Source: a virus (taxonomy: Duplodnaviria; Heunggongvirae; Uroviricota; Caudoviricetes). From it: 64,000 nucleotides of DNA. Location of the stretch: IMG/VR virus record IMGVR_UViG_3300024272_000009. The stretch is one strand, 5' to 3'. Below the pieces are notes generated by a model. The model did no database searches. It was not told where the DNA came from and saw only the letters and a list, made by a program, of their open reading frames with translations. This document shows positions 26,901 to 35,940 of the stretch, piece after piece (positions within the stretch are counted from its first letter, which is position 1; every line of letters begins with the position of its first letter). Position numbers and translations under genes: made by a program.

Positions 26901-27398
26901 AGTAGCATACTCATCACTATTTGCTGCGCTGCTAGCACGACTTGCCGTTAGAGCATCTCTTAGAGCCATTGCTGCTTCTACAAAACGAGTTTCTTCTCTG
27001 CTAGCCTTAGTAGCCCGCGTTGTTCTGCTTGTTGTAGTAGCTGAAGCACTCTCAGAGCCATCAGGTTTGTCTTTTGGTCGTTCTGTTTTTTCTCGACGTT
27101 GCTGCTCTCGAGAAGCTCTTTCAGCAGATTTAAAGCTTTCATTGAGTAATTCGTTTGCTAACAAAAAGGCATCGTTTAGCTTGCTATATTTTCGAGCAAT
27201 CATATCAAGATTCTTTGAATATATATCAAAGTATTCTTCTAGATATGAAATTCGGAGTTCGCCAATATCTTCTTCACCAGATAAGACTCTTCCGATAATT
27301 TCCTCCTGTTGGCTAGTGAGGCTCTTTGCTTCAGAAATTACATTACCAAGTCTTTGTAATTGTTCTGGCGATAGTTTGCCTAATTCTTCATTAGCCAT
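23910..27398 (-). CDS. tail tape measure protein
   Basis: 1162 aa. It has a long A/E/K-rich coiled-coil centre, a Gly-rich C-terminus (GGGLTGGGAQTTSGS...) and a hydrophobic segment. It sits after the chaperone-like pair. Confidence 0.8.
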   Translation of the reverse strand: MANEELGKLSPEQLQRLGNVISEAKSLTSQQEEIIGRVLSGEEDIGELRISYLEEYFDIYSKNLDMIARKYSKLNDAFLLANELLNESFKSAERASREQQRREKTERPKDKPDGSESASATTTSRTTRATKASREETRFVEAAMALRDALTASRASSAANSDEYATTLRDALKASNFTAITSGDTPSVSRTEEVSPAAGEVAATRQDNASAINDISSALIEALRASHYTPTPGSGGADAGAGDEGRPPVVPDVTVRTFAAEDEIAGLSDAVVDLSAVMDALNVREAEIDAARKERITKHLTTLLTSAKEAHDAQVALALARNKTEEDLERQRVEYKIARIQEVVDAETKAQQLMDEINTQLDYARNAASRRELGKLRAEQIAAEENAKSLEEIKTAMAERRQALELEAMANNNGKLRAADAAAIEKQLKDEFDTKQKHLDELTAKRFRAALEAKKLEEFKEANQEAVAAFEKKKAIDIVNEEIKLRKKYSGEELAKKLKDLKKQKNEEYVLDEKNQKKLEKLQLEAAKKEKRDSVAATDSKIEHAASFQNLSKEDNLVSRFKELKSITDSVDDEDKGAAQMAVAIKAISSLMAQLESKIDSIAQYQGGIDTRLQGSNNKKSMGSYWNQLTKDMMSVGAVTPFFKQEDFANNIKELVNKGISFDLKQRAFLMTVQEKIANTFNVADGTLLRLIRIQQEDSTAGRLGMESALNSFLNNMYETSEYLTDVAASVRGSLEEMEALMGGAAATEVEYQVQKWMGSLYSVGMSSSSVQAIAGALGQIASGQIDALTGNGAGNLLVMAANNADIPIAEILSEGLDAENTNKLLQATVNYLAEIAESSKGNNVVQQQLANVFGVKASDLKAAVNLAKDNTTANIFGDYKTYGNLINQLYDMAGTMFMRTSIGEMMTNIWENGQYTIASSMANNPISYLTYKMAGLLEDTTGGIALPFLNVMGFGVDLETTVADLMRVASVGTGILGSIGPMISGLFSSFSGRSMLNKMGIKEGSGLTITPRGEISGGGLTGGGAQTTSGSATVGNGSGSDLKDSTVQGAEDDKKKQMVEAKEEAEDNQVDVLNSYVIKIYELLDKVASGSRAITVKVAGYGLTGGGLGSGDTALGGVPGISSDTTSSSGQVSDKVATDETGSVTPGTGSGNVSLGGWVMG

Positions 27399-27421
27399 AA
27401 ATGGTTCCCTCCTTAGAAAGT

Positions 27422-27682
27422 TTAGTTAGAAAGCCGTGCCTCTTCTATGGCCCTTGCAGTAGCTTCCTTTTTTTCATTTATACATTCTATAAGATAAATT
27501 CTATCTTGATAGGCAAGGTTTAAAACATCTGTATAGCTGGTATGCAGATTATCGCTAACATACCAGCATTCCCTAACGAGCTCTTTATAATGTTTAGGCC
27601 CATAGGGTGTACCGTCATTAGATGTTTGTGGGTCTAAAAAACTCGGGCCCGAAGCGAAAAAAGGTAGTAATTTCTTCGCCAC
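27422..27682 (-). CDS. tail assembly chaperone-like ORF (candidate +1 frameshift extension of 27618..28400)
   Basis: 86-aa ORF starting with GTG and lacking an SD sequence. It overlaps the upstream ORF by 65 nt in the +1 frame, and the overlap contains TTT TTC and a U-run. Confidence 0.45.
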   Translation of the reverse strand: MAKKLLPFFASGPSFLDPQTSNDGTPYGPKHYKELVRECWYVSDNLHTSYTDVLNLAYQDRIYLIECINEKKEATARAIEEARLSN

Positions 27683-28400
27683 ACTTTGGACAAGTTAGGT
27701 AAAGAACATTATCTAAGCCAACCTGCTGATTAAGCTTGTCTATGTTATTTAGAATTTTCTGTAAATCCATTGCAGGTAGGTTGGTAATAATATTTTCAAG
27801 TTCAGTCTCTGTCTTCTTTTCACCGTCAACAAGGTCAATATTAGAAAGAAGTCTTACAAGAGTTTCAAAGTCAATTGTAGCTGTCTTGTACTTACGCTTC
27901 ATATCTTTTACCTTTACTTCCATTTCTTCGACTCTGCGAGGAGAAATGAAGTCAAGAGTAATGCTACGACCACTCTTAGGGAGAGAGAAAACGCGAAGAG
28001 CATTTATAGCTTCCTCGTCAAACTCTTTAACGCTAAGTTGGTCAAGCTTAGCAATAGTTTCTATAGTTTCTCCACACTCTGAGCAACGAAGGGCTACCTT
28101 GTAGTCTTCGCCATATGTAACAATTCTTAGCTTATGAAGTAAGAACTCATAATCACCGAGGCTCATGTCATATACATGAATAGCAGGTTTTTCAATACAA
28201 CATCCTTCGATGATATCTGCAAGTGTTTTTAGCGGAGTACTGGAAGGAGAAAGTCTCTTCATCTCATCTCTTGCAGTCATAGAGCGAAGCTCTACATGAG
28301 GATTTACATTTTCGCTATAAATTTTTCCCTTTGAAGGGAGCTCATAGCCTTCCATAATAGTGTAATCGGTCTGTCTATCCATAATAATAAGTCCTTTCAT
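27618..28400 (-). CDS. putative tail assembly chaperone (gpG-like position)
   Basis: 260-aa ORF between the tube-like gene and the tape measure gene. Confidence 0.45.
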   Translation of the reverse strand: MKGLIIMDRQTDYTIMEGYELPSKGKIYSENVNPHVELRSMTARDEMKRLSPSSTPLKTLADIIEGCCIEKPAIHVYDMSLGDYEFLLHKLRIVTYGEDYKVALRCSECGETIETIAKLDQLSVKEFDEEAINALRVFSLPKSGRSITLDFISPRRVEEMEVKVKDMKRKYKTATIDFETLVRLLSNIDLVDGEKKTETELENIITNLPAMDLQKILNNIDKLNQQVGLDNVLYLTCPKCGEEITTFFRFGPEFFRPTNI

Positions 28401-28414
28401 TTAATATTCAATTA

Positions 28415-28579
28415 TTATAGTTCTCGATTTTCAAAGTAGTGTTCTAAAATATACCTTATAAGAGCTGATACAGTAATACCTCTGGCATTAGCAGTTTCTT
28501 TTAAACGTTCAATCAGCGGTTTTGATGACTCAAAAGTTTGTATAACCTTGTCACTTCTATCTACTTTTTTACGTCCCAT
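28415..28579 (-). CDS. ribbon-helix-helix (CopG/Arc/MetJ-like) DNA-binding protein; absent from the ORF track because shorter than 60 aa
   Basis: Minus-strand ATG at 28579 through TAA at 28415 gives 54 aa: MGRKKVDRSDKVIQTFESSKPLIERLKETANARGITVSALIRYILEHYFENREL. An RBS sits 8 nt upstream. The beta-strand/helix/helix pattern is that of RHH proteins. Confidence 0.55.
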   Translation of the reverse strand: MGRKKVDRSDKVIQTFESSKPLIERLKETANARGITVSALIRYILEHYFENREL

Positions 28580-28625
28580 TATAAAAGTCCTTTCTCTAAG
28601 ATATATAGCTTTTGACTACTATATA

Positions 28626-28633
28626 ATTTAGCA
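28626..28633 (-). promoter_or_regulatory. GCTAAATT box
   Basis: Minus strand reads TCTGCTAAATTATATAG, between the tube terminator and the RHH gene. Confidence 0.5.
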
Positions 28634-28654
28634 GAACAATAAATAGATTTATTA

Positions 28655-28690
28655 AAAATAAAAAAGAGTAGTAACTTACTACTCTTTTTT
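28655..28690 (-). terminator. Rho-independent terminator after the tube-like gene
   Basis: aaagagtagta (28664-28674) pairs with tactactcttt (28678-28688). A/T runs flank it. Confidence 0.7.
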
Positions 28691-28708
28691 ATTTTTATTT
28701 ATTATATA

Positions 28709-29290
28709 TTAGTCAGGCATTACCATAATAGCTCGGTCGTATTGAAGCTCTGCAGTAATCTGTCTCTTGCCGTCGTTTTCTTTGTCGAACTCGCCCTCGC
28801 TGATTTTATTAATCCAGCAGCCGTAGAGAGTCCAGCTTCTAACCTGCTCAAAGTCCTGGGTATACTCAATGAGTGTGCAGTTTTTCTTGTAGTCCTTCAT
28901 GCGGCCACCCTTACGAGTATGAACGTTGTAAGCAAGTGCCTGCCAAGCCATTAGGATAGACTTAGTATCCAAACCAACAACGTCATCAACAGTTATAGAA
29001 CCTGCCTCATATTCAGGAGTACCAGCGAAGGTAACAGTGTCATTACCACGCTTATACTTAAGAACCTCGAGGCCAAAGTGAGGAACAGGAGCTTTAACTA
29101 CATTAAGCTTAAGAGTTTCTTGAGCCTTTTTAATTTTATCACTATCAGCAGCCGCGCTATGGTCGCCTGTATAAGCTGCGCTAACGATATTGTCGATATC
29201 ATCTACGATTAGCGAGAAAAAGCCAGATCTGGCAGCTTCATAGTTAGCGAGGTTGGTGCTGATATGCATAGCAGATAAACTATTTGACAT
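28709..29290 (-). CDS. putative tail tube protein
   Basis: 193 aa, placed directly after the sheath-like gene and before the chaperones and tape measure. Codon usage suggests high expression. Confidence 0.45.
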   Translation of the reverse strand: MSNSLSAMHISTNLANYEAARSGFFSLIVDDIDNIVSAAYTGDHSAAADSDKIKKAQETLKLNVVKAPVPHFGLEVLKYKRGNDTVTFAGTPEYEAGSITVDDVVGLDTKSILMAWQALAYNVHTRKGGRMKDYKKNCTLIEYTQDFEQVRSWTLYGCWINKISEGEFDKENDGKRQITAELQYDRAIMVMPD

Positions 29291-29310
29291 ATTCTATAAT
29301 CTCCTTTCAA

Positions 29311-31062
29311 TTAACCATTTACAACAGCAGAGGTTTCACCGAAAGAATCTTCAAGAGAGATTTCAAGGTCAAAGTCCTCAACAGCTTCGATAGGAATAAT
29401 TCTAAGCTTAGCTTTTAGAGTTGCTTTCTTATCAGTGTATACCTTGATAATCTTGTAATCTCTTACACCCTGGTCAGCTTTCATTCTTTCGAGGGTAGGT
29501 GTAATAGCGTTTACAAAGTTGAACCAGAGAGTATCACTGTTAGGATCGAATGTAAATCTACGGCAAGCAACATAAAGCTGTTTCTTAATTGTGGTGCAGA
29601 GCTGTCTGATGTTTAGGAAGTCATCAGCAGTAAGGTCATTACCGCCTGCAGCTGCACCAAGCTCAGCAGCAGTTCTGTTACCCCAGAGGTAATAGCTACC
29701 ACGGAAGTTAGCAATTACATTACAAGCAAACTTAGGCTGTGCAGAAGCATCTACAATGTTTCTAGGCTCAAGAGCGTTGATAGCAATTTCACCAAGTTTA
29801 ACATCAGTATGGTCGATTACATAACTAGCAACACCGCGAGTATAACCAGCAGCTGCATACCACTCAGCAAAACCACCACCAAGAGCATTCATAAAGCAAG
29901 CAAGATAATGGAATGCGCCAGGGAATTCAACAACATCGCCGGACATTTTGTAGTGTACGCTAGGTACTGTCATAGCACAGTAAGGACCTTCAGTTTTAGT
30001 AACCGTAGACATGTTATTGATGCCATCAGCAATAAGCTTTTCAGGTCTGTCTGTAGAATTAGTATCAACATAGCAGTTCTTATCAAGCTCGATAAGCGCA
30101 GTACAGTCACCACGACCACCACAAAGAACTACACCTGCATCATCAGTTCTGTAGCAAGCAAGCTTTGCAATAATACCGTTAATCTTATTGAATACGTTTG
30201 GTGTAACGGTTGTGTCGTCGTAAGCGTCCACGAAATCTTTCTGAGTATCGTAAGCAGTGATTTTGCCTTCGCTGTTTTCTGTTAGGTTGTTAACTGCCTC
30301 AGCATAGCTGTAGGTGGCCGTTCCAGCCTTCCCAGATTCCGTCGATACCTTAAATCCAGTATAACCCTTATCAATTACTTCAGCATAAGCATCCGCATAT
30401 AGATCAGCAATATCGCCTTGTATATTAACTTTTTCAGTCTCTGTTGCAGTTTTGAGGCTAGCTTCAAGAGTTTTATAAGCATCAGACGCCTCTACATCAG
30501 CAATGATCTCAGCAAGTTTTGCTATATCAGCTTTAATTGCTTTCAAACGATCATTTAATGGATCAAATGTATCTTTTTCATAGGTAGTCTTAAGTAAGCC
30601 ATGGCTAATAAAGCGGAAGTCGTAGCTTGCTTTATCCTTAAAGATTTCCCAGTTAGCTTCAGAGCTAATATCGTCAATAGAGTTAATAGGTAAATAAATA
30701 ATGGTATATCCAAGACTTAAAAGCTCGGCAGCCATTCTGTTACCATAATGACACTCTGTTCTCGTTGAAGTAACTTCCTTGCCTTCTGCATCTACAGAAG
30801 TTACAATAGTGACTTCTTTTTCAATGTCTGTTAGTCCAATAACATCCTCAAAATCCTGTCTAGAACTAAACTCATAAACACCATTAGAGTCAGGAAGCAC
30901 TACGTCAGCAGGTGTTTTTATAGTCTTACCATCAGCTTCATAAATAGGTGCTAAAACAGGCTCGCGGTTTTTGTAGCCGGCGATTAGAACTGAATAGTTG
31001 GCATAACTAGCAGGTGTGCCGGGAGAAGTTCTATCTTTCTCATTAATAAGTATTTTAGGCAT
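29311..31062 (-). CDS. putative tail sheath protein
   Basis: 583 aa. Position and size fit a myovirus sheath in the order sheath, tube, chaperones, tape measure. Confidence 0.45.
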   Translation of the reverse strand: MPKILINEKDRTSPGTPASYANYSVLIAGYKNREPVLAPIYEADGKTIKTPADVVLPDSNGVYEFSSRQDFEDVIGLTDIEKEVTIVTSVDAEGKEVTSTRTECHYGNRMAAELLSLGYTIIYLPINSIDDISSEANWEIFKDKASYDFRFISHGLLKTTYEKDTFDPLNDRLKAIKADIAKLAEIIADVEASDAYKTLEASLKTATETEKVNIQGDIADLYADAYAEVIDKGYTGFKVSTESGKAGTATYSYAEAVNNLTENSEGKITAYDTQKDFVDAYDDTTVTPNVFNKINGIIAKLACYRTDDAGVVLCGGRGDCTALIELDKNCYVDTNSTDRPEKLIADGINNMSTVTKTEGPYCAMTVPSVHYKMSGDVVEFPGAFHYLACFMNALGGGFAEWYAAAGYTRGVASYVIDHTDVKLGEIAINALEPRNIVDASAQPKFACNVIANFRGSYYLWGNRTAAELGAAAGGNDLTADDFLNIRQLCTTIKKQLYVACRRFTFDPNSDTLWFNFVNAITPTLERMKADQGVRDYKIIKVYTDKKATLKAKLRIIPIEAVEDFDLEISLEDSFGETSAVVNG

Positions 31063-31129
31063 ACTAATTATATCTCCTTGTTTAATTTAATAACTTTAAT
31101 TGTTGAAAGTTCTTTTTGCAACTTCAAAT

Positions 31130-31137
31130 AATTTAGC
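31130..31137 (-). promoter_or_regulatory. GCTAAATT box upstream of the sheath-like gene
   Basis: Minus strand reads TCTGCTAAATTATTTG. Confidence 0.5.
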
Positions 31138-31140
31138 AGA

Positions 31141-31794
31141 TTATTTTATGCTACATTCAAATAAAATTTCTTCTTCTGTAGGGTCAGAAATTTTGTCAGC
31201 AGCAGTAACTTCAATACCTACGATACGCCAGTTTTGCTTCTGAGGTATACTAAATAGGAAACCATCTTGAAGCTCCAACTGAATAGTCCACTTATAAAAC
31301 TGTCCGGCAAATAGATGTGATGGTATATCACTTGTATCAGATACTGTATTAAGTACTCTTAGATTTGCAGTATGTTTTACAACATAATTATTATAAGGAA
31401 TTTCTATAATAATTTGCGGATTATTTATAAGCTTAAATAGATATTGTCTAACATACTCATCAGCCTCAATTCTTTTCTTTGTGTAAATATCTAACTGATA
31501 AGTAGTTTTTACTGGGATAACATTTAAATGAATAGTTGCTGCAGTAGTAGCATCTTGCCCAATTACTAAGCCATCAAAAGATTTATTTTGTTTGATAGTG
31601 GATTCTATTTCTAAATCCCTATTTCTTGATATTGCAATTAGAGGTAACTTAAGCGGTTCGTCATTGGTATCTTCAGCATGTAACTGAATTAGTCTATTAG
31701 ACTCATCTGGTGCTAATACTCTTAGTTTAGAAGAGTCAGCTAGCCAGCCTTTGATTTTTTGAGTAACCGCTTCATCATAGTAGTTTATTGCCAT
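31141..31794 (-). CDS. hypothetical structural (neck/tail terminator region) protein
   Basis: 217-aa ORF between the head and tail modules. Confidence 0.35.
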   Translation of the reverse strand: MAINYYDEAVTQKIKGWLADSSKLRVLAPDESNRLIQLHAEDTNDEPLKLPLIAISRNRDLEIESTIKQNKSFDGLVIGQDATTAATIHLNVIPVKTTYQLDIYTKKRIEADEYVRQYLFKLINNPQIIIEIPYNNYVVKHTANLRVLNTVSDTSDIPSHLFAGQFYKWTIQLELQDGFLFSIPQKQNWRIVGIEVTAADKISDPTEEEILFECSIK

Positions 31795-31807
31795 AGTTTG
31801 TACCTCC

Positions 31808-32134
31808 TTATGATTTTAGAGCTACTTGAAGAATTCGACTACCGGGGATAGCTCCATTACCATAGGTAATCAAACTTGCTATTGTATCATACTTAGGGTC
31901 CTTAAATAAAAGCACCAAGTTTCCATCATTATCTGTATAAAATGATAAGCTGAGCAGCAGTTTAATACACATATTTTTTAAAGTTGTTTTATACTGCTGT
32001 TGTATGTAATTATCCAGAATTATTTCAGACGCATGTAGAGAATAATTTTCAATCAGAAAGTAAGCATCAAGTAGAGTATTTGTTCGCAATTGTTCTTGAG
32101 ACATATAATGTTTATTGTTAACGATAAATAGCAT
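31808..32134 (-). CDS. hypothetical structural protein
   Basis: 108-aa ORF in the head-tail joining region. Confidence 0.35.
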   Translation of the reverse strand: MLFIVNNKHYMSQEQLRTNTLLDAYFLIENYSLHASEIILDNYIQQQYKTTLKNMCIKLLLSLSFYTDNDGNLVLLFKDPKYDTIASLITYGNGAIPGSRILQVALKS

Positions 32135-32137
32135 AGC

Positions 32138-33238
32138 TTATACCTTACTTAGTTTAGTTACTATACTATTTACTATTGCATCAGCATCAGCCGTTTGTAT
32201 ATGTCCCTTTGGAATAATACTTGAGGTAGCTAGCATAACAACTGCTGCGTTTATCTGCTCAGTATTAAGTCCTTTAAAATAGGGCAGGGCAAGAGCTTTT
32301 CTGGCCTCGGTACTATCTGAGTTCATACTAACAGCCAATAATGCCGCATATGCATGTGATACGGAAGTTATTTTGCTAGTAATAGCTGCAACACCAGAGG
32401 TATCTACATGAATAGTTTCTTTGGTGTTTTTACCTAAAAGAAGCTTAACTACATCAAGGCTATTAAGTTTAGCACTTTCCATAGAAAAGGCTACTACTTC
32501 ATCATCACTTGGCATAGGATTTTCTTTTCTAAATACTTTTTCTACGTACTTTTGAGGCTCGTGCTCACCAACACTATCGAAATGACAAAACGTTCTTTTA
32601 TTTGCTATCTGGTCAGCAGCGGTATAAGTATCTTTGTTTAGGGCAAGTCTACTGCTGCTACTTTGGTATTCTAAGTACTGCTCAATATCTTTTGGTGACT
32701 TGTTATATAGATCTTTACAGTAAATTATATTATAATTATTTTGCTGTATAAATTCACTATCAGCAACTAATTTTTTAGCAACAGCATTATAAATAGCTTT
32801 AAAGGTAAGTATATTTAGCTTACCACTACGAAGTAATTCTTTTGTAAAATCAAGTGTTATAAAGATAAGAATTTGGTTTGTTTCTTTAATACCAAGTACT
32901 TTTAATATTTTTCTTAGCGGTTCACCGATATCTATTAGTTTTGCAGCAATATCGGCTTCCCAGTTTGCTTTAAAAAATTCTTCAAAAAACACCTGCTCTA
33001 TTTCATAATCAGGTTTTTTGTTTCTAGCAGTTTTATTTTTCTCCAGTCTAGCTTTTAGAAGCTCACTCCAAGCTGCCCAATCACCAGCGCTTGGTAGTGC
33101 CTCTTTTACTCGTGTCTTTGGCACCGCTGAGCTAGCAGGAGTAGCAGAAGTGGCTGCAGCATCCGCTGGCGCACCACCACTAAGTAAAGATCTTATATCA
33201 ACTGAAATAAAATCAGCTTCAAGTAATTTTTCAGACAT
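32138..33238 (-). CDS. hypothetical structural protein
   Basis: 366-aa ORF. Confidence 0.4.
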   Translation of the reverse strand: MSEKLLEADFISVDIRSLLSGGAPADAAATSATPASSAVPKTRVKEALPSAGDWAAWSELLKARLEKNKTARNKKPDYEIEQVFFEEFFKANWEADIAAKLIDIGEPLRKILKVLGIKETNQILIFITLDFTKELLRSGKLNILTFKAIYNAVAKKLVADSEFIQQNNYNIIYCKDLYNKSPKDIEQYLEYQSSSSRLALNKDTYTAADQIANKRTFCHFDSVGEHEPQKYVEKVFRKENPMPSDDEVVAFSMESAKLNSLDVVKLLLGKNTKETIHVDTSGVAAITSKITSVSHAYAALLAVSMNSDSTEARKALALPYFKGLNTEQINAAVVMLATSSIIPKGHIQTADADAIVNSIVTKLSKV

Positions 33239-33858
33239 TAATCATCCTCCTCTCTATCAATAAGCAAAGGCATGTCTTCTTGCTCATGCGCAGCAGAAAT
33301 TAGACGCTGTTCATCATTTGACTCATATTCAAGAGCTATTTCACAAGCAATTGAAGCAGGATATATCATAATATTTGACATGCTTATTACACGGAACAAT
33401 CTGCCTTTGCCATTATCTAGTCCGCTAGGGACCTCAAATAAAGCTCCGACTTGAAGGTCAGGTAGGTCATACGGAACATGAATAACTGAAGAGCCTTCTT
33501 GAAGCTCTGCAACCCAACCAGCTTTCTTTAATGACTTCTGATCTGGGTGTTCTACAAACAAACAGCCAACAAGAATTTCTGGCTTATAACCTGTTTGTAA
33601 GTCGCCATGTACATCATATTCTTTATTTTTAAGAGGAGCCTTATATTTACAATTAATACCATGCAGTGCCGTCATTTGTTTAAACCACATTCTATGTAGT
33701 TTTATGTCTTTATTTAGTAAAAGACCATAGTTTGTATTAAGATCTGACATTCTGGCTCCTTTATATTTTTTTGTTAACAACGAGATGGTTATCATCTCGT
33801 TGTTAACTTTAATTTTTTTATGCTTAGTTAAAAGATTCAGTAATAAATACTTTATCAA
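33238..33858 (-). CDS. hypothetical structural protein
   Basis: 206-aa ORF whose start overlaps the stop of the upstream gene. Confidence 0.4.
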   Translation of the reverse strand: MIKYLLLNLLTKHKKIKVNNEMITISLLTKKYKGARMSDLNTNYGLLLNKDIKLHRMWFKQMTALHGINCKYKAPLKNKEYDVHGDLQTGYKPEILVGCLFVEHPDQKSLKKAGWVAELQEGSSVIHVPYDLPDLQVGALFEVPSGLDNGKGRLFRVISMSNIMIYPASIACEIALEYESNDEQRLISAAHEQEDMPLLIDREEDD

Positions 33859-35920
33859 CGGTACGACCGGTCATAGTAACTTTAGTACCAAGAGCCTCAT
33901 TACAACCAATTAGGTTAACAAGTGCATCTTCAGCACTTAGTGCTTCTGTAAATACAAAAGTAGTAGCTTCAGAGTTACCAGACTTAAAAGTAATATTACC
34001 TTCTACTGAGAGCTTCTCATTTAAGTAGGAACAGTTAGTAAGTGTAAAGCCTTCAACATTTCCGCAGGTTTCAGCTAAGCTCTTTGCAATCTGACTTTCC
34101 AGCGAGGCTTCCTGAAGCTCTTCAATGCCTTCAACGATAGTAGCTAGATCATTTTGTACTTCTAGGCCCTCAGTTGCAGGTGTTTCTTCTTCAGCAGTGT
34201 CAGTGCTAGTAGCGCTTTGTGCTCTAAGCATAACACCTTCAAAGTTCTTTTTAATAGTATCAAAATAGTTATCTAGCTGGTCAAGCTCAAGCTTGCCTTC
34301 AAAGAACTCACACAAGAAAGCTGCTTTTGGATCCTCTTTATTTTCAGCTAGATAAATAAAAGCGGGACCGTTTTCAGAAAGCATGCTCCAACCCTTTGCA
34401 GCAGCCTCAGCGTCTTTGTAAGTGCCTTTCTCTTGAACCTCTTTTGGTACTAAGCCCTTTTGATCATAAGCGGGAGCAGCAGTAAATGGCTTGCCTTTGG
34501 CATCTTTACCATCAAAGCCAATAACTAAGAAAGTTTTAAATCTACGGTTTTCTTCTTCTGGAACAACTCCGGTTTTGTCAACTTTTGCTTTGGCATAATC
34601 TTTTAGGGCGTTGGCTAGAATCCAGTCTGCTCTTTCTTCTCTGGTTGTAGCATCTTTAGTTAGTGAATCAATAGCAGCAGAAATTTTATTTTTAAAACTA
34701 CCACCAGCCTGTTTTACTTTTTTTAACAATGCTTTACCAAGGTCTAGCAGATTTCCTTCAGTAAGCAGAGCCTCTTCTAAAGACTCTTCAACTTCAGCTT
34801 CTTCTTCTTTCTCGTCATTGAGCATTGCTCTAACAGAAGTGTCAGAAATAGGCTTCTTAAATTCAGGTGTGTTAATGAGTTTTTCAAACTCGTCTGCCGA
34901 AACTTCTAGGTCGGCATCTTCATGAAGCTCTTCTGTGAGAGCTTCAATAATATCATCAAGTTCCTTGTCTTCTTCTGAGATCTCTTCTACAGGCTCCGCA
35001 GTCTCATCAACTACAGGCTCTTCAATAGTTTCATTTTTAACTGCATCAGGAAGAGCTGCCTCAAGGTCTGCCTTAAAGGCATCAATATTTCTTTGGATAG
35101 CAACCTTAACTTGATCGTTAGTTGCTTTTTCAAGCTTCTCTTCCTCTTGAGCAATAGCATCTCTTAGATACTCAATATACTCACTGTGTGCTTTAAGCTT
35201 ATCATCAAGGTCTTTATCATCAGCTAAGTCTTCTACAAGAGCCTCGCCAGTATGTTCTACAAAGTGTGATTCTTCAACCTCTTCATCAGAAGTTTCGTCT
35301 TCAATATTAAGGTCCAGCTCATCAAGATTTAGATCCTCAAAATCCTCACTGTCAGTAAGGTCGTTAGTAGTTTCCTCATCCACAGTTTCCTCGGCAGACT
35401 CTTCACTGGTGTCCTCTAGAGGAAGTTCGTCAGTAGGGAGTTCTTCCTCAGCCTCAGCTTCCCCAACTTTACCAACAAGAGTATAGCCAGACTCGTTTCC
35501 ACAGTGCTGACATACTTCATTTACATTTACAGTTAGTGGATCATCCTCAGATTCTACAATGTCTTCCTTATCTTTATAGAATAGTGTCATACACTGAGGA
35601 CATTGCATAATATATTTACCAACATAGGAAGTTAGTAAGTCCTCAGGCGAATCAGCATCAAGATCAACAATTTTCTCAATACGAGCAAGCTTAGCTTTTG
35701 CAACTTCTGCTTCACGTGCTTCTTGAGCATCTGTTAAATCTTCAGAATTGTTGATATCATAGTATTCTTCAAACAAAGAATCAAACTTAGTCTTGCGAGA
35801 GAAGATCTCTGTAAGTGCAGGTCTATTAGCTCTAATACCTGGTTCTGCTACTGGAATATCTATCTCATCAAGAGCCTTGAAAGCTGACTCAAAGTCAAAT
35901 TTAGTGACAGATTCTTTCAT
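33824..35920 (-). CDS. acidic zinc-ribbon protein (virion-associated candidate)
   Basis: 698 aa. An N-terminal CPQC...CQHCG ribbon is followed by a very long D/E-rich region. Confidence 0.45.
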   Translation of the reverse strand: MKESVTKFDFESAFKALDEIDIPVAEPGIRANRPALTEIFSRKTKFDSLFEEYYDINNSEDLTDAQEAREAEVAKAKLARIEKIVDLDADSPEDLLTSYVGKYIMQCPQCMTLFYKDKEDIVESEDDPLTVNVNEVCQHCGNESGYTLVGKVGEAEAEEELPTDELPLEDTSEESAEETVDEETTNDLTDSEDFEDLNLDELDLNIEDETSDEEVEESHFVEHTGEALVEDLADDKDLDDKLKAHSEYIEYLRDAIAQEEEKLEKATNDQVKVAIQRNIDAFKADLEAALPDAVKNETIEEPVVDETAEPVEEISEEDKELDDIIEALTEELHEDADLEVSADEFEKLINTPEFKKPISDTSVRAMLNDEKEEEAEVEESLEEALLTEGNLLDLGKALLKKVKQAGGSFKNKISAAIDSLTKDATTREERADWILANALKDYAKAKVDKTGVVPEEENRRFKTFLVIGFDGKDAKGKPFTAAPAYDQKGLVPKEVQEKGTYKDAEAAAKGWSMLSENGPAFIYLAENKEDPKAAFLCEFFEGKLELDQLDNYFDTIKKNFEGVMLRAQSATSTDTAEEETPATEGLEVQNDLATIVEGIEELQEASLESQIAKSLAETCGNVEGFTLTNCSYLNEKLSVEGNITFKSGNSEATTFVFTEALSAEDALVNLIGCNEALGTKVTMTGRTVDKVFITESFN

Positions 35921-35940
35921 TTATATTTCTCCTTAGTTTA

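Noticed and set aside
27640-27660. G-UUU-UUU-A run tested as a classical -1 slippery heptamer
   Set aside because: The U6 run is codon-aligned (UUU UUU) rather than X_XXY_YYZ. The -1 frame hits UAG within 2 codons. Only a +1/-2 event could join the two ORFs.
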